DNA of 64,000 nt from Chamaesiphon sp. (GCA_965246715.1 CBDFFH010000002.1:128001-192000); one strand, 5' to 3'; positions 41,666 through 52,948 are shown, counted from the first letter of the stretch. The notes: generated from the sequence alone by a model not told the origin. Made by a program: numbers and translations.

Positions 41666-42892
41666 TTATGGTGCTAGTGCATTACCACGGAGGAGACTAC
41701 CGATCGTTTTAGCGGTAATCTTCATCTGTGTGAATGGATTCGCAGGAACTACTGTTTTGTACAGATAGCTATCGAAAGTGAGTTTTTGCACGTCGATGTC
41801 CCCACACATTTCGACGAAGGCTTCGCGAGTCGCATCGGAACGGTAGAATACTGCTTGAAGGATATCCAAGACCTTGTAAGTCAAGCCGTAAGCTTTATCC
41901 CATTGCTTGATATAAACCTTGAGATCGGCTTCGGTCGGAATTTTCGCACCCTGTTCGGAACGCTCGACGATAACTTCCGCACACATCCGTCCGGATTTAG
42001 CTGCAAAGTAAATCCCTTCACCAGAGGACTTGGTCACATAACCTGCTGCATCGCCGACTAAGGCACAACGACCGACGACCCGACGCGGACGTGGATGTTC
42101 GGGGATGGGATGCGCTTCGACTTTAATAATCGTGCCACCTTCGAGCTTCTTGGCAGCGCGTTTGCGGATGCCAGCTTGCAAATTCTTGATATCTGCTTTG
42201 TGTACCTTCATCGTTCCCGTACCGACTGCTACGTGGTCGAACTTGGGGAACACCCAAGCATAAAAATCGGTAGAGACATCATCGCCGACATACATTTCAG
42301 CGAGGCTGTGGTAGTATGCCATTTTGTCTTCGGGCAGTTTGATGCGTTCTTGGAAAGCGATCGCATAGTTATAGTCGCCAGCATCCATTGCTTTGGCAAC
42401 GCGAGAATTGGCTCCATCAGCGCCGATTACCAAGTCAACTTTGAGAGTTTTCGCTTCGCCTTCGAGCGTGCCATTAGCATGATCGGCATAATGCAACACG
42501 TAAGGGTCTTTGGTGTTGAGTCCGGGCATTTCCAACTTGTGGACGGTGCCATTAATCAGTTTCGCGCCTAGCTTCGCCGCTCGATCGCGCAAAAATCCAT
42601 CTAGGACTTCGCGCCGACACATGCCGATGTATTCACCGTCTTTGAGCGTTTGACCGATATCGACTTCGATATTCGACGGCGAGATCATCTTCATTTGCCG
42701 TACCTCGCGATCGATAATCTCTGGCGGCAAGTCAAATTCACTCACCATACAGAGAGGTATCGCTCCCCCACAAGGCTTGGCGTTATCTAATTTGCGTTCA
42801 AATAAATAAGTTTCAATTCCAGCTTTAGCTAGGACTTCAGCAGCAGAAGAACCCGCTGGCCCAGAACCGACAACAGCAACCCGTAGTACCAC
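41666..42892 (-). CDS. chlP: Geranylgeranyl reductase
   Basis: LRVAVVGSGPAG, KPCGGAIPLCM, EAHPIPEHPRP and SGEGIYFAAKSGR. Confidence 0.97.
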   Translation of the reverse strand: MVLRVAVVGSGPAGSSAAEVLAKAGIETYLFERKLDNAKPCGGAIPLCMVSEFDLPPEIIDREVRQMKMISPSNIEVDIGQTLKDGEYIGMCRREVLDGFLRDRAAKLGAKLINGTVHKLEMPGLNTKDPYVLHYADHANGTLEGEAKTLKVDLVIGADGANSRVAKAMDAGDYNYAIAFQERIKLPEDKMAYYHSLAEMYVGDDVSTDFYAWVFPKFDHVAVGTGTMKVHKADIKNLQAGIRKRAAKKLEGGTIIKVEAHPIPEHPRPRRVVGRCALVGDAAGYVTKSSGEGIYFAAKSGRMCAEVIVERSEQGAKIPTEADLKVYIKQWDKAYGLTYKVLDILQAVFYRSDATREAFVEMCGDIDVQKLTFDSYLYKTVVPANPFTQMKITAKTIGSLLRGNALAP

Positions 42893-43090
42893 AGCTATAT
42901 CTCTCTATAAATTTGCGCTTACAATTACCGGATGTTAGCACGGACTTTTAGTGTCAGGGGCTAGAACCCTATCCAGTCAGCCTGAATTGAAATATTCCTT
43001 TATATAACGACATATTTAGTCAATTATCCCCACGATCGACCAAATCCACACTTAGGAATAAGAATTAAATAACTTACAATTCCTCCTTTG

Positions 43091-43216
43091 GTAGGGGCAA
43101 TGTCTTGTCTCGCTTTTTACGTCGGGAAACCCGACGAGCGCGAGCCGCTGTCTTGTCGTTTTTTTTATTCGGAGGTCCCCTCCGAATAAAACCGCCGCTT
43201 CATGAATTGCCCCTAC
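43091..43216. repeat. GTAG REP palindrome interrupted by two tandem mini-elements
   Basis: GTAGGGGCAAT|TCATGAATTGCCCCTAC split by 43102-43149 and 43150-43199, each GTCTTGTC...GCCGCT with an internal hairpin. Confidence 0.7.
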
Positions 43217-43271
43217 TACCAAAGATTGGGGTAAGCGTAGATCTGCATCTTATTAAATCCTCATTCCTTAA

Positions 43272-43487
43272 TTGTGGGCGGTTGTGGTAACGATGATATT
43301 GCAGTTAGCTTTGGTCTACATTCCACCACCATCCCAAGCATTTTTTGGGACTTATTCCTTGAGCTTATTGGAACTGGGCAGCTGTTGGATCTGTTGTGGT
43401 TCTAGTTTGGCGATCTTTATCTGGATTGAAAGAGAAAAGCTGGTTGCTATTTCCCAACAGGTCTATTATGGAAGTTCGCCGCTCTAG
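43272..43487 (+). pseudogene. C-terminal remnant of a P-type cation ATPase
   Basis: [32 protein letters not shown] resembles the cation-ATPase C-terminus; rest of the gene absent. Confidence 0.6.
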
Positions 43488-43608
43488 CAGTAGAGCGCTC
43501 GATATTATTTCCTAAATTAAAATAAGTATTGTAAGTGTCGGTCTGATGCAGATTGAGAGTCATGTCAAACTCAGTGATATAGATGAACATGTTTTGTGCA
43601 GATGAAAG

Positions 43609-46186
43609 ATGTTACTCCAAGAGCGCTCTACGATCGTAGTTATCGATGATTCCCTGGAAGATATCGAAACATATCGACGCTATCTCAGCCGCGATCGCCG
43701 CAACACTTACGATATTCACACTGCCCAATACGCCGCAGCGGGTCTAGAAATTTGTGAAGCACATTGGCCGGATGCAATCCTTCTAGACTTTTTCTTGCCT
43801 GACTTAAATGGCAGCGAATTTATCGAAGCACTTCAAGCCCGCTCGCATGGGCGGATTTTACCAGCGATCTTAGTCTTAACAGGTCAGGAAAATACCGAAA
43901 TTGCCGTTGCCTTGATGAAACAAGGTGCCAAAGATTACTTGCTCAAAAATAAAATCACCGAGCAAGGTTTACAATCGACATTAGCACAGACTTTTAGAAC
44001 GAGTACGATTGCAGCAAGCACTAAAAATCCAACAACGATGGCAGCAAGTTTTAACTGAGACAGCATTACGCATTCACCGCTCGCTCGACCTGACAGATAT
44101 TCTGCAAACTGCCGTCGATGAAATCAAGCAGTTCTTAAGTTGCGATCGCGCGATCGTCTATCAATTTGAAAAAGATTGGCGGGGAAACATCGTTGCTGAA
44201 GCGGTTGGAGCGCAGTGGAAGAGCGCTCTGGCAGCGCCCGTTGCCGATACCTGCTTTCAGGAAACTCATGGCGAGTTTTATCAAGCTGGTCGATCGAAAG
44301 CGCTCCAAGATATTTATCAAGCAGGGCTATCTGCCTGTTACATTGGCTTGCTGGAGGAGTTTCAAGTCCGGGCAGTTCTGGTGGTACCGATCTTACTCGC
44401 ACCAGATCCCCCAGCCAAACAGCCTCAACTGTGGGGATTTATCATCGCGCACCAATGTCAGGCTCCAAGACGCTGGACAGACAGCACTGTAGCGTTTTTA
44501 GACCAGCTAGCGGTGCAACTAGCGATCGCGATTCAACAGGCAGAGCTATTGAACAGACTCGATCGAGAGTTGCACCAACGCGAACGCACCGAACGCGATT
44601 TAAGCCATCAAACCCAAGAGCAACAGCGGTTGATTCGAGAATTAGCCCAAACAACCCAGCTGTTACAACAGCGCAATCGAGATCTCGACTCATTTGTGGC
44701 AGTCGCCACCGATGCGATTCTGCTCCGAGATCTAAACAATCGGATTCTATTTTGGAATAAAGGTGCCGAGCGGCTCTATGGCTGGAGTGCCGCCGAAGCG
44801 ATCGATCGAGATCTAAATACATTGCTATATCGAGATCCCTCACCAGCAGCAGCAACAGCATTCGAGATCGTGTTGCAACAAGGGGAATGGCAAGGCGAAC
44901 TGGAAAAAGTTACCAAAACCGGACAACCGGTCATCGTGCAAAGCCGGTGGACGCTAGTACGCGATGAGTCCCGCAATCCCAAAGAAATTCTCAGTGTCGA
45001 TACCGACATTACTGCGAAAAAACAACTGGAGCAACAGTTTCTGCGCGCCCAACGCCTGGAGAGCCTCGGCACCCTTGCCAGTGGCATCGCTCACGACATG
45101 AACAATGTCTTAACGCCGATTTTAGCCGCTTCGCAACTCCTGCCATTACGACTGCCCGATATCGATGAGCGCAGTCGATCGCTGTTACATATGTTAGAAG
45201 AAAGTGCCAAACGTGGGACTAACTTAGTACAGCAGATTTTATCGTTTGCGCGGGGGTCGGATGGTAGTCGAAATTTAGTCCAAATCCGACACGTCCTCTC
45301 CGAAGTAGTCCGCGTAGCGCGGCAAACCTTTCCTAAATCGATCGAGATCTCCCTCAATCTAGCAACTGTCGATTTATGGCCGATTTCTGCCGACTCGACC
45401 CAACTGCACCAGGTATTGATGAATTTGACCATCAATGCCCGCGATGCGATGCCAGCTGGGGGTATCCTGACGATTGCCGCTGACAATCTCGTGTTAGATG
45501 AAAATCATGCCCAGATGAATCGCGATGTGCGGAGCGGGCCTTATGTTATCGTCACGATCGTGGATACGGGCACTGGCATTTCCCCTGAAATCTTAGACCG
45601 GATCTTCGATCCATTTTTTACTACTAAAGAACCAGGCAAAGGCACAGGATTAGGATTGTCGACCACGTTGGGCATTGTCAAAAGTCATGATGGCTGGATG
45701 ACGGTTGCCAGTCAAGTGGGTCGGGGCACTGAGTTCGCGATCTATCTGCCTGCCGAAGTTACGCCCCAGACCGAGAGCGCGAGCGACACGCTAGCAATGC
45801 CGATCGGCAATGGTGAATTAGTGCTAGTCGTCGATGATGAAGCATCCGTCCGCGAGATTATCAAAGTATCGTTAGAAGCATCCAATTACCGAGTAAGGAC
45901 AGCCAGCGATGGGATTGAAGCGATCTCGATTTACGCTCGCTGTCGATCGGAGATTCAAGTCATTTTACTCGACCTGATGATGCCGTCGTTAGACAGTGTT
46001 TCTACTATTGGCGCTCTGCAACGAATCGATCCCAAAGTATCGATCGTGGTGATGAGTGGCCTTGTCGCAACCGAACCGATTAAAAATATGAGCGATGTCA
46101 ACGTGCAAGCGTTTATAGCCAAGCCGTTTACCTCACAGGTATTATTACACACATTACACCGACTGATAACCGATCGAGTCAGGTAA
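43609..46186 (+). pseudogene. Hybrid sensor kinase REC-GAF-PAS-HisKA-HATPase-REC, split by a +1 frameshift
   Basis: REC 43609-43990; extra T in ACTTTTAGAA (~43992); then GAF (DTCF..ACY), PAS (FWNKGAERLYGW), GIAHDMNN, FFTTK..GTGLGL and a C-terminal REC. Confidence 0.85.
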
Positions 46187-47224
46187 CTGGAGATTGGGGA
46201 AAAGATCCAGCCACATTTGTGAACGGTCTCATCCTTTAGAGAAGATCCTAAATTTACGGTAGCAAGTGCAAAAAGTTTGCTGCCGACTCAAAATTATGAA
46301 TCCAAATATTTAGCTAAACCACTTTGGTAAGTGATGGTCTTGCTGTTCGAGGTGCGATAAAACCCACCAACCAAAGGTCGTAAAGCTCAGTAAGAAGCAA
46401 GTGGACAAGAGATAAGCACTACAGATAACACGAACAATAGCAGGTGCAGAGACAGAATCGAACATGGTTCATGCAGCTCAAGGCTGTTGAGATTGTTAGC
46501 GAATTACTTTATATAAGTAATTCTGCGATCTACTACGCGGACTTGGCGGTGTTTTCCAGCACTTTAGGTGTGTGTTCTAGTGCCAGCATCGCTGGATCTA
46601 CCAGTTGCAACGAGACGATCGCTAATTGTCGTCAAAGAAGTTTCTTTGTCCGAGCAGCTCAGAAATCGAGCTACCGGTCTGGCGATCTGATGTTGAGGTG
46701 ACGAATTAATCTCTACCTATGCTTATTTTACCCCAATTTGTTAAGAAATGTTTAAGAGATTTTGACAATCTTGGATCGTCGGCTGAGGAGCCAGACGCTG
46801 TGGTTGTGGTGGAGGTTGCCCAACTCGAGCGTTTTCCATCAAAAAAATTTTGCAATTATCGCAATGGCTATCGTTTCGTTCCCAACGACCTATGATATCT
46901 CGCGCAAACTCACAAAGAAAGCAAATTCCCAGTTATCGATATACTTGTTGACAATTTGTGACTATTGGGGCAATGGCGTAAATTGACGGACACTAGCGGT
47001 TAAGTGGAGCGGGTGGAATGGTTAGCTTAATGGTACGATTTTGGAGGGCACGTCATTAAGCAAATTTATCGATCGAGCATGTTTACAGCAGCCGATCGAG
47101 CGCTTGGTTAAAGCGAATGCTTGCTTTTTGAAGCTCGATTGTTTTATTATCTTAACAGTTCAGTTAAGATTTGTAACAAAAGCTGGATCGTTCGCTACTT
47201 ATCCTTCACTAGGTCATAGTACTT

Positions 47225-48187
47225 ATGTCAATCTCACTCAAGTCCGCTCAGTCGATTTTCTCCAACACCCAGATTGCTGATGCCGTACCAGCTACTACTA
47301 GCGCGTTCGACCAACTCAGTGTTGAAGATCGATTAGCTTTACTTTGGTACGCTTATACCGAGATGGGTATAACGATCACTCCTGCGGCGACGGGTTCGGC
47401 AAGTATGGCACTAGCACAACCGCTGTTGGATCGAATCAAAGCGATGCAGCCAAACGAGCAGACTCAAGTGATGACTGACTTGGCAATGAACAACGACACC
47501 GAAATTTGCCGTAATTACACTGCATTCCGGATGAATACCAAACTTGGTTTTTGGTATGAATTGGGACAAATGATGAAACAGGGTTTGGTTGCACCGATTC
47601 CGTCTGGTTACGCAGCTTCACCTGAGGCAAATGCCGTACTCGAAAATATCAAGCAACTCGATGCGGGTCAACAGATTACGGTATTGCGGAACACTGTAGT
47701 GAACATGGGTTATGACCCTGCACGCGGTCAAGACTACGACAAACGCGAAGCTGCAGCAGTCACACCAAAATCTTTCTCCGATCGATCGCGCGCAGCGATC
47801 GAGGGTGTAGACAACTATACCGTGTTGAGCTACATCGACAACATGAATGCCTTTGACTTTGTTGCTGCATCCAGCTTATTTGCCGAAGAAGGTGCGCTCC
47901 AACCTCCTTTCCAAGCGCCAGTTGTCGGACAAGCCGCAATCCTCACGTACATGCGTGAAGAATGTACTGGCTTGAAAATGTTACCCGAGCGCGGTGTTGT
48001 CGAATCGATCGATGATGGTTACACGCAAGTCAAAGTAACTGGTAAAGTCCAAACTCCGTGGTTTGGTGCCAGCGTCGGCATGAACATCGCATGGCGTTTC
48101 TTGCTCGATCCTCAAGGTAAAATCTTCTTCGTCGCGATCGATCTTTTGGCTTCGCCGAAAGAATTGCTCAACTTACGTCGTGTGTAA
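47225..48187 (+). CDS. ocp: Orange carotenoid protein
   Basis: EDRLALLWYAYTEMG, KLGFWY, QQITVLRN, GALQPPF and KVTGKVQTPWFG; 320 aa. Confidence 0.95.
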   Translation: MSISLKSAQSIFSNTQIADAVPATTSAFDQLSVEDRLALLWYAYTEMGITITPAATGSASMALAQPLLDRIKAMQPNEQTQVMTDLAMNNDTEICRNYTAFRMNTKLGFWYELGQMMKQGLVAPIPSGYAASPEANAVLENIKQLDAGQQITVLRNTVVNMGYDPARGQDYDKREAAAVTPKSFSDRSRAAIEGVDNYTVLSYIDNMNAFDFVAASSLFAEEGALQPPFQAPVVGQAAILTYMREECTGLKMLPERGVVESIDDGYTQVKVTGKVQTPWFGASVGMNIAWRFLLDPQGKIFFVAIDLLASPKELLNLRRV

Positions 48188-48206
48188 GTAAGGGAATATG
48201 CGATCG

Positions 48207-48240
48207 GGGATAGAGATTATTCTCTATCCCTTATTTTTTT
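48207..48240 (+). terminator. Rho-independent terminator of ocp
   Basis: GGGATAGAGA-ttat-TCTCTATCCC followed by a T-run. Confidence 0.75.
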
Positions 48241-48358
48241 GTGTTGCTAAATTCAGAGATGATTTAGTTTAGAGGCAAACCCGCAAAATGTAGGGTAGTG
48301 GCAATTCATGAAGCGGTTGACCCAATCGATCGCTGACTTGTGATGAAACTAGACGATT

Positions 48359-49618
48359 TTAATCACCAGCGTCTCTAAGCTCGATGAGCTTGCGCGTTCT
48401 TTGCGGGATGACATTCGATGCAACTTGGAATTTAGCTGCCGCAGCACCCATTTTCATCGATAGCAACCGCTCGTCATCTAGCTGAATTTTAGCCACTGGT
48501 TTACTCGGCTTAATTGCCATCGCTCGAACGATTTGCTTGGCAACCGCACGCGCGAGTAATGGTGGGACAGAGTTACCAATCTGTCTACAACCATGCCATT
48601 TGGTAACGTGAAAGCGAAACCAATCGGGGTATGAATGTAGCCTTGCTGCCTCACGAACGGTAATGCACCGAGGTAAATAAGGATGTATCGGTCGGGGACT
48701 AGTATGTGCCCCACGATCGCTCCCCGTACCCGCTCTTAAGGTATTGCACAAACCATCGGGATGAAGTTTTAAAAACCTACTGATCGCTTCCGCTTTACCC
48801 ATTGGTGTGTTAGCAAATCTTTGCTCGATCTTTTTGGTATGCTGCGTTCGCATACTAGAGGTTAAAATCTGTGGATCGAAAGTTCTGAGATAACTATAAT
48901 CATGAGGATCTGTTAGCAATCCGCGCATGACTTTGGCATAGTCCGAACCCTGTAAAAATTTTGTTTTCACCCAATCTCGATCGAGTAATTCTGGAAATTT
49001 ATCGGCATCGGGAAGATCGCCAATTGCCTCCCAAACTGTGGTACGAGCGATCGGATCGGGATATATCGGGAGTGTCTCACCCACTCTTGCACCGATCAAA
49101 AATAACCTCCGGCGATCTTGCGGCACACCAAAATCAGCAGCATTTAATACTTGGTAGGGTAATAACACTCGATAGCCAATTTTATCGAATGTTTCGACGA
49201 TTTCTTGGAGAAATTGCTTGTGCTTTCCGATTGTTAAACCTTTAACATTTTCTAATACAAAATATTTAGGTTCGAGTTCGGTGACGATGCGTAAAAAGTG
49301 GAATACTAGCGAGTTACGCGGATCGTCGAGCGCACGTTTGCCCATCAGCGAAAATCCTTGACAGGGCGCACCACCACAAACAACATCGATGTCTCGTCGA
49401 TCGAGCTTAGCTAATTGACGAATTTCGGCACCACTCGTATCGATGACACTCTTACAAATCGTTGTGGTGTGGGGGAAATTAAACTCATGAATTGCGGCAT
49501 GAATCGGATCGATTTCTACAACAGCAGCAATATCAAAACCAGCTTGCTCGAATCCCAGACTCAATCCTCCTGCACCAGCAAACAAATCGATACAGATCGG
49601 ACGGTTGGACGGTTGCAT
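48359..49618 (-). CDS. DNA (cytosine-5) methyltransferase, no adjacent endonuclease
   Basis: DLFAGAGG, PCQGFS, ENV, QDRRR, TVREAARL and QIGNSVPP. Confidence 0.93.
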   Translation of the reverse strand: MQPSNRPICIDLFAGAGGLSLGFEQAGFDIAAVVEIDPIHAAIHEFNFPHTTTICKSVIDTSGAEIRQLAKLDRRDIDVVCGGAPCQGFSLMGKRALDDPRNSLVFHFLRIVTELEPKYFVLENVKGLTIGKHKQFLQEIVETFDKIGYRVLLPYQVLNAADFGVPQDRRRLFLIGARVGETLPIYPDPIARTTVWEAIGDLPDADKFPELLDRDWVKTKFLQGSDYAKVMRGLLTDPHDYSYLRTFDPQILTSSMRTQHTKKIEQRFANTPMGKAEAISRFLKLHPDGLCNTLRAGTGSDRGAHTSPRPIHPYLPRCITVREAARLHSYPDWFRFHVTKWHGCRQIGNSVPPLLARAVAKQIVRAMAIKPSKPVAKIQLDDERLLSMKMGAAAAKFQVASNVIPQRTRKLIELRDAGD

Positions 49619-49766
49619 GGGCGGTTAAAACGATCGCAAAGTCTGGAACTAAACCATATTATCATTCTGTGCTGAGTGAAAATGTCGAAAGTCCCGATGT
49701 CGCTACCACTCGGTCAATGATGCTAAGCTGAAATTATCGCATGTCAATGTGCCAAACCCAATACTT

Positions 49767-50195
49767 ATGAGAGTAGCAGCATTAGGATTAGATGTCGGTA
49801 GCAAGCGCATTGGGGTAGCTGGCTGCGATGGATTGGGATTGATCGCGACAGGGCTGACTACAATTTGGCGGAGTTCGTTTCAAGAGGATGTCGCTCGATT
49901 GGCTGAGATTATCAAAGAGCGCAATGTCGAACTGCTCGTTATTGGTTTGCCTTATACGATGGATGGAAATTTAGGCTCTCAAGCTAAACAAGTCCAGAAA
50001 TTTGCGCGGCGGATATCCGCAGCATTAGAATTACCGATCGAGTATGTAGACGAACGCCTGACTTCCTACGCCGCCGAACAAATGATGATCGCGGCGAAGA
50101 TCTCAGTATCGGAGAATAAAGCAACGATCGATCGGATCGCCGCCGCTGTTATCCTTCAACAATGGTTGGACGAGCGGGATCGAACCCAATCATAA
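49767..50195 (+). CDS. ruvX: YqgF/RuvX pre-16S rRNA nuclease
   Basis: LGLDVGSKRIGVA, GLP, VDERLTS and DRIAAAVILQ. Confidence 0.92.
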   Translation: MRVAALGLDVGSKRIGVAGCDGLGLIATGLTTIWRSSFQEDVARLAEIIKERNVELLVIGLPYTMDGNLGSQAKQVQKFARRISAALELPIEYVDERLTSYAAEQMMIAAKISVSENKATIDRIAAAVILQQWLDERDRTQS

Positions 50196-50422
50196 ATTCA
50201 TCTTTAAAATATCGTCCCCAACTAGAGCGCGCAATGCTAACGAGTGCGCCGGATTTTCGGATGCCTTATGAGAATGTATGGATGCCAATCGCTGGAACTA
50301 GCGAGCAGCTACATGGCTGGTGGGTTCCGGCGGCAATTTCATCGGGAAAATTGAGCAATCGAAAATCTGAAACTAGAGATTGGGATCATTTCCATAGTGC
50401 GACCAGTGCAATAGTACGATGA
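50190..50422 (+). pseudogene. N-terminal remnant of an alpha/beta hydrolase
   Basis: YRPQLERAM..P..MPYENVWMPI..QLHGWWVPA, then truncated. Confidence 0.45.
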
Positions 50423-50523
50423 AATGGATGTGATATTAAGTCAGAATAAAAAAGTCATTTACACCTCGGTCGAAGTGACTCCCAAAGAAACTAGATAACT
50501 AAAAAAACATTAATAAATTCATT

Positions 50524-51213
50524 ATGAGTATAGACCGCAAGTGGACATCTAAGAAAAAACGAGCACTAGAAGTATTGCTCAGACTGAAACGATTGTATCC
50601 AGATGCCACTTGTAGTCTAGATTATACAACTCCGGTTCAGCTATTAGTAGCGACAATTCTCTCAGCACAATGTACCGATGAGCGAGTGAACAAAGTTACT
50701 CCGACATTATTTGCCAGGTTTTCTGATGCTCGATCGATGGCATATGCAGATATCATCGAAATTGAAGAGTTAGTGCGATCGACTGGCTTCTATCATAACA
50801 AAGCTAAAAATATTCAAGGTGCCTGTCGCAAGATCGTCGAAGAATTTAATGGCGAAGTGCCTCAACTAATGGAGCAATTACTGACATTACCAGGCGTAGC
50901 AAGAAAAACTGCTAATGTTGTCTCTGCTCATGCTTTTGGGAATATTCAAGGCGTTACTGTCGATACCCATGTCAAACGGCTGACAAATTTACTCGGGCTA
51001 ACTCAGCATTTCGATCCGATTAAAATCGAGCAGGATTTAATGAAATTAATCCCGAAAGCAGATTGGGAAAACTTTTCAATTATGACCATCTTTCATGGTC
51101 GAGCGATTTGTAATGCCAGAAAACCTAATTGTCCCGATTGCGAGCTAGCAGAACTGTGTCCTTCAGCAAATCAGCCAGTCAGAGTAAAAACTAAGACTGG
51201 TGTTGGTAAATAA
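50524..51213 (+). CDS. nth: Endonuclease III
   Basis: LLVATILSAQCTD, LPGVARKTAN, VDTHV and the CxxxxxxCxxCxxxxxC 4Fe-4S motif. Confidence 0.95.
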   Translation: MSIDRKWTSKKKRALEVLLRLKRLYPDATCSLDYTTPVQLLVATILSAQCTDERVNKVTPTLFARFSDARSMAYADIIEIEELVRSTGFYHNKAKNIQGACRKIVEEFNGEVPQLMEQLLTLPGVARKTANVVSAHAFGNIQGVTVDTHVKRLTNLLGLTQHFDPIKIEQDLMKLIPKADWENFSIMTIFHGRAICNARKPNCPDCELAELCPSANQPVRVKTKTGVGK

Positions 51214-51244
51214 TCGATCGAGATCTATCCCAATTCGATCTTAG

Positions 51245-52816
51245 TTAAGCGGTGATTTTCAAATCTTTTAGAATAGCTGCTGCCGCGATCGCTCCTGTCG
51301 CACAGCCACCCTCCATATAGCCTTGAGCTTCGCTCGAACAATGTTCGCCGATAAAGAATAGATTGCCGACTCTTTCACCTTCAGAGCCAGCGAATTTAGT
51401 CCATTGTCCGACTAAATAACAAGCATAAGATCCGCGCGAGTAAGGTGCGTCGATCCAGTTGGTAACTAAAGATGTTCTTGAAGCTAAATTTTTAGTGCCT
51501 GGATAAATACGATCGAATTGCTCCGTTAATTGAGTATTAGCAACTGATGGTATCGATCGACCAAGTTTAATACCGAGATTACCACCGCTGAAATTAGTAA
51601 TTAAACCAATTTTATTGTCTGTATAACGAGTCGCTTCCCAGGTTTCACTGGTGTCTAGATTACTAAAAGATTGACCGTTAGATTTATACTTATTTCGCCA
51701 TAACCTGTCGCTATAGCTCGTAATTACTTTAGTATTCGTGCCATAGCCAATTTCTCGGATCGCAGCGCGTTTAGCTGCTGGTAAGCTTACTCCAAGATCG
51801 ATATGTCTGAGGACGCTAAATGGTAATGCGAGAATTACGCGATCGAATAGATATTCTTTGCTATTTTCACCCGATCGGAGACTGACTCGATAGCGATTAT
51901 TGGGAGTAGAACGGATCGATTCTAGATGCGTGTTTGTCTCGATGCGATCTCGCAATTTAGCTGCTAATCGATCGACGATCTGTTGATTGCCACCTTGGAT
52001 CTGATATCGCTGATCGCTATTCCCAAAAATCTCGATCTTATCTAGATTTTTGCCAATGAGTAATAATAAGTTAATTGCCGATTGCCGATCGATTTCTAGT
52101 CCGTATTCATTGGTATAGGCAACCTCAATGAATTGTCTCAAGATCGGATCGCGACAATAGCGATCGAGATAATCTGCAATCGACAGTCGATCGATTTGAG
52201 TAGCGAGAGGATTAGTAGACTTATAATTTACTTCACCGATAGCTTTGACATCGCGATCGATTTGTCGGGCTAGGGGTATGAATGCTTTAATTAATTCACT
52301 CTCGTTAACCGACCGATGATTAAAGAACCAAGTATCTTTGGTTAAATTGCGATCGGCAGCAAATAAATCTACTTCTACTAAGCCTAATTCTTTGGCTAAT
52401 TTCCGAATGTATTGATGCCCAGAATCGATGAATTCACCACCTAATTCTACAGTTGTTGGAGTACCCAGTGCCTTGGCACGACTGAGAATCCTACCCCCGA
52501 TGCGATTACTGGCTTCAACAATTCGGCTTGGTACGCCAGATCGATCGAGATAATAAGCCGCTGTCAATCCCGCAATCCCAGCACCGACAATCAACACGGG
52601 TGGCGTTGCTGCCTCAGCTTGGCAATGAAGTTGGCGATCCAATGCCAGCGCGGATAAGGTTCCAGCAGCCGCCAGAGAGCCTCGAAATAGGTTGCGACGA
52701 CTGATTCGCGATTCCCATATTTCTAGAGCTGTTGCTGGCAAAATTTTCTGGCGATCTGCAAATCTCGCAATTCGATAGCCGCAGCGTAACATCTGAATCA
52801 GATGAGTTCTAGCCAT
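51245..52816 (-). CDS. Flavin monoamine oxidase / L-amino-acid oxidase family protein with Tat-like motif
   Basis: SRRNLFRG, IVGAGIAGL, EASNRIGGRI, ELGGEFI and GEH...GYMEGG. Confidence 0.85.
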   Translation of the reverse strand: MARTHLIQMLRCGYRIARFADRQKILPATALEIWESRISRRNLFRGSLAAAGTLSALALDRQLHCQAEAATPPVLIVGAGIAGLTAAYYLDRSGVPSRIVEASNRIGGRILSRAKALGTPTTVELGGEFIDSGHQYIRKLAKELGLVEVDLFAADRNLTKDTWFFNHRSVNESELIKAFIPLARQIDRDVKAIGEVNYKSTNPLATQIDRLSIADYLDRYCRDPILRQFIEVAYTNEYGLEIDRQSAINLLLLIGKNLDKIEIFGNSDQRYQIQGGNQQIVDRLAAKLRDRIETNTHLESIRSTPNNRYRVSLRSGENSKEYLFDRVILALPFSVLRHIDLGVSLPAAKRAAIREIGYGTNTKVITSYSDRLWRNKYKSNGQSFSNLDTSETWEATRYTDNKIGLITNFSGGNLGIKLGRSIPSVANTQLTEQFDRIYPGTKNLASRTSLVTNWIDAPYSRGSYACYLVGQWTKFAGSEGERVGNLFFIGEHCSSEAQGYMEGGCATGAIAAAAILKDLKITA

Positions 52817-52896
52817 AAGGTCGCAGTTAAACAACTAGGGATAGATTACTAACATAATTTATGTTGTATTCTTTATCACCAATGAGTTATGGAGAT

Positions 52897-52911
52897 GTGC
52901 AGTAACCGCAT
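52897..52911 (+). promoter_or_regulatory. Possible NtcB (LysR) site
   Basis: GTGC-N7-GCAT, one mismatch to ATGC-N7-GCAT, upstream of the NtcA box. Confidence 0.45.
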
Positions 52912-52948
52912 ACTTTCAATGCATTTATCTCAAGACAACCCCGAAACT

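Noticed and set aside
48270..48325. c-di-GMP-I riboswitch (GGCAAACC...)
   Set aside because: No GAAA tetraloop or GCAAAG second stem; it lies between convergent gene ends and is explained by a REP half.
48359..49618. Restriction-modification system
   Set aside because: No endonuclease gene is adjacent; orphan methyltransferases are common in cyanobacteria.
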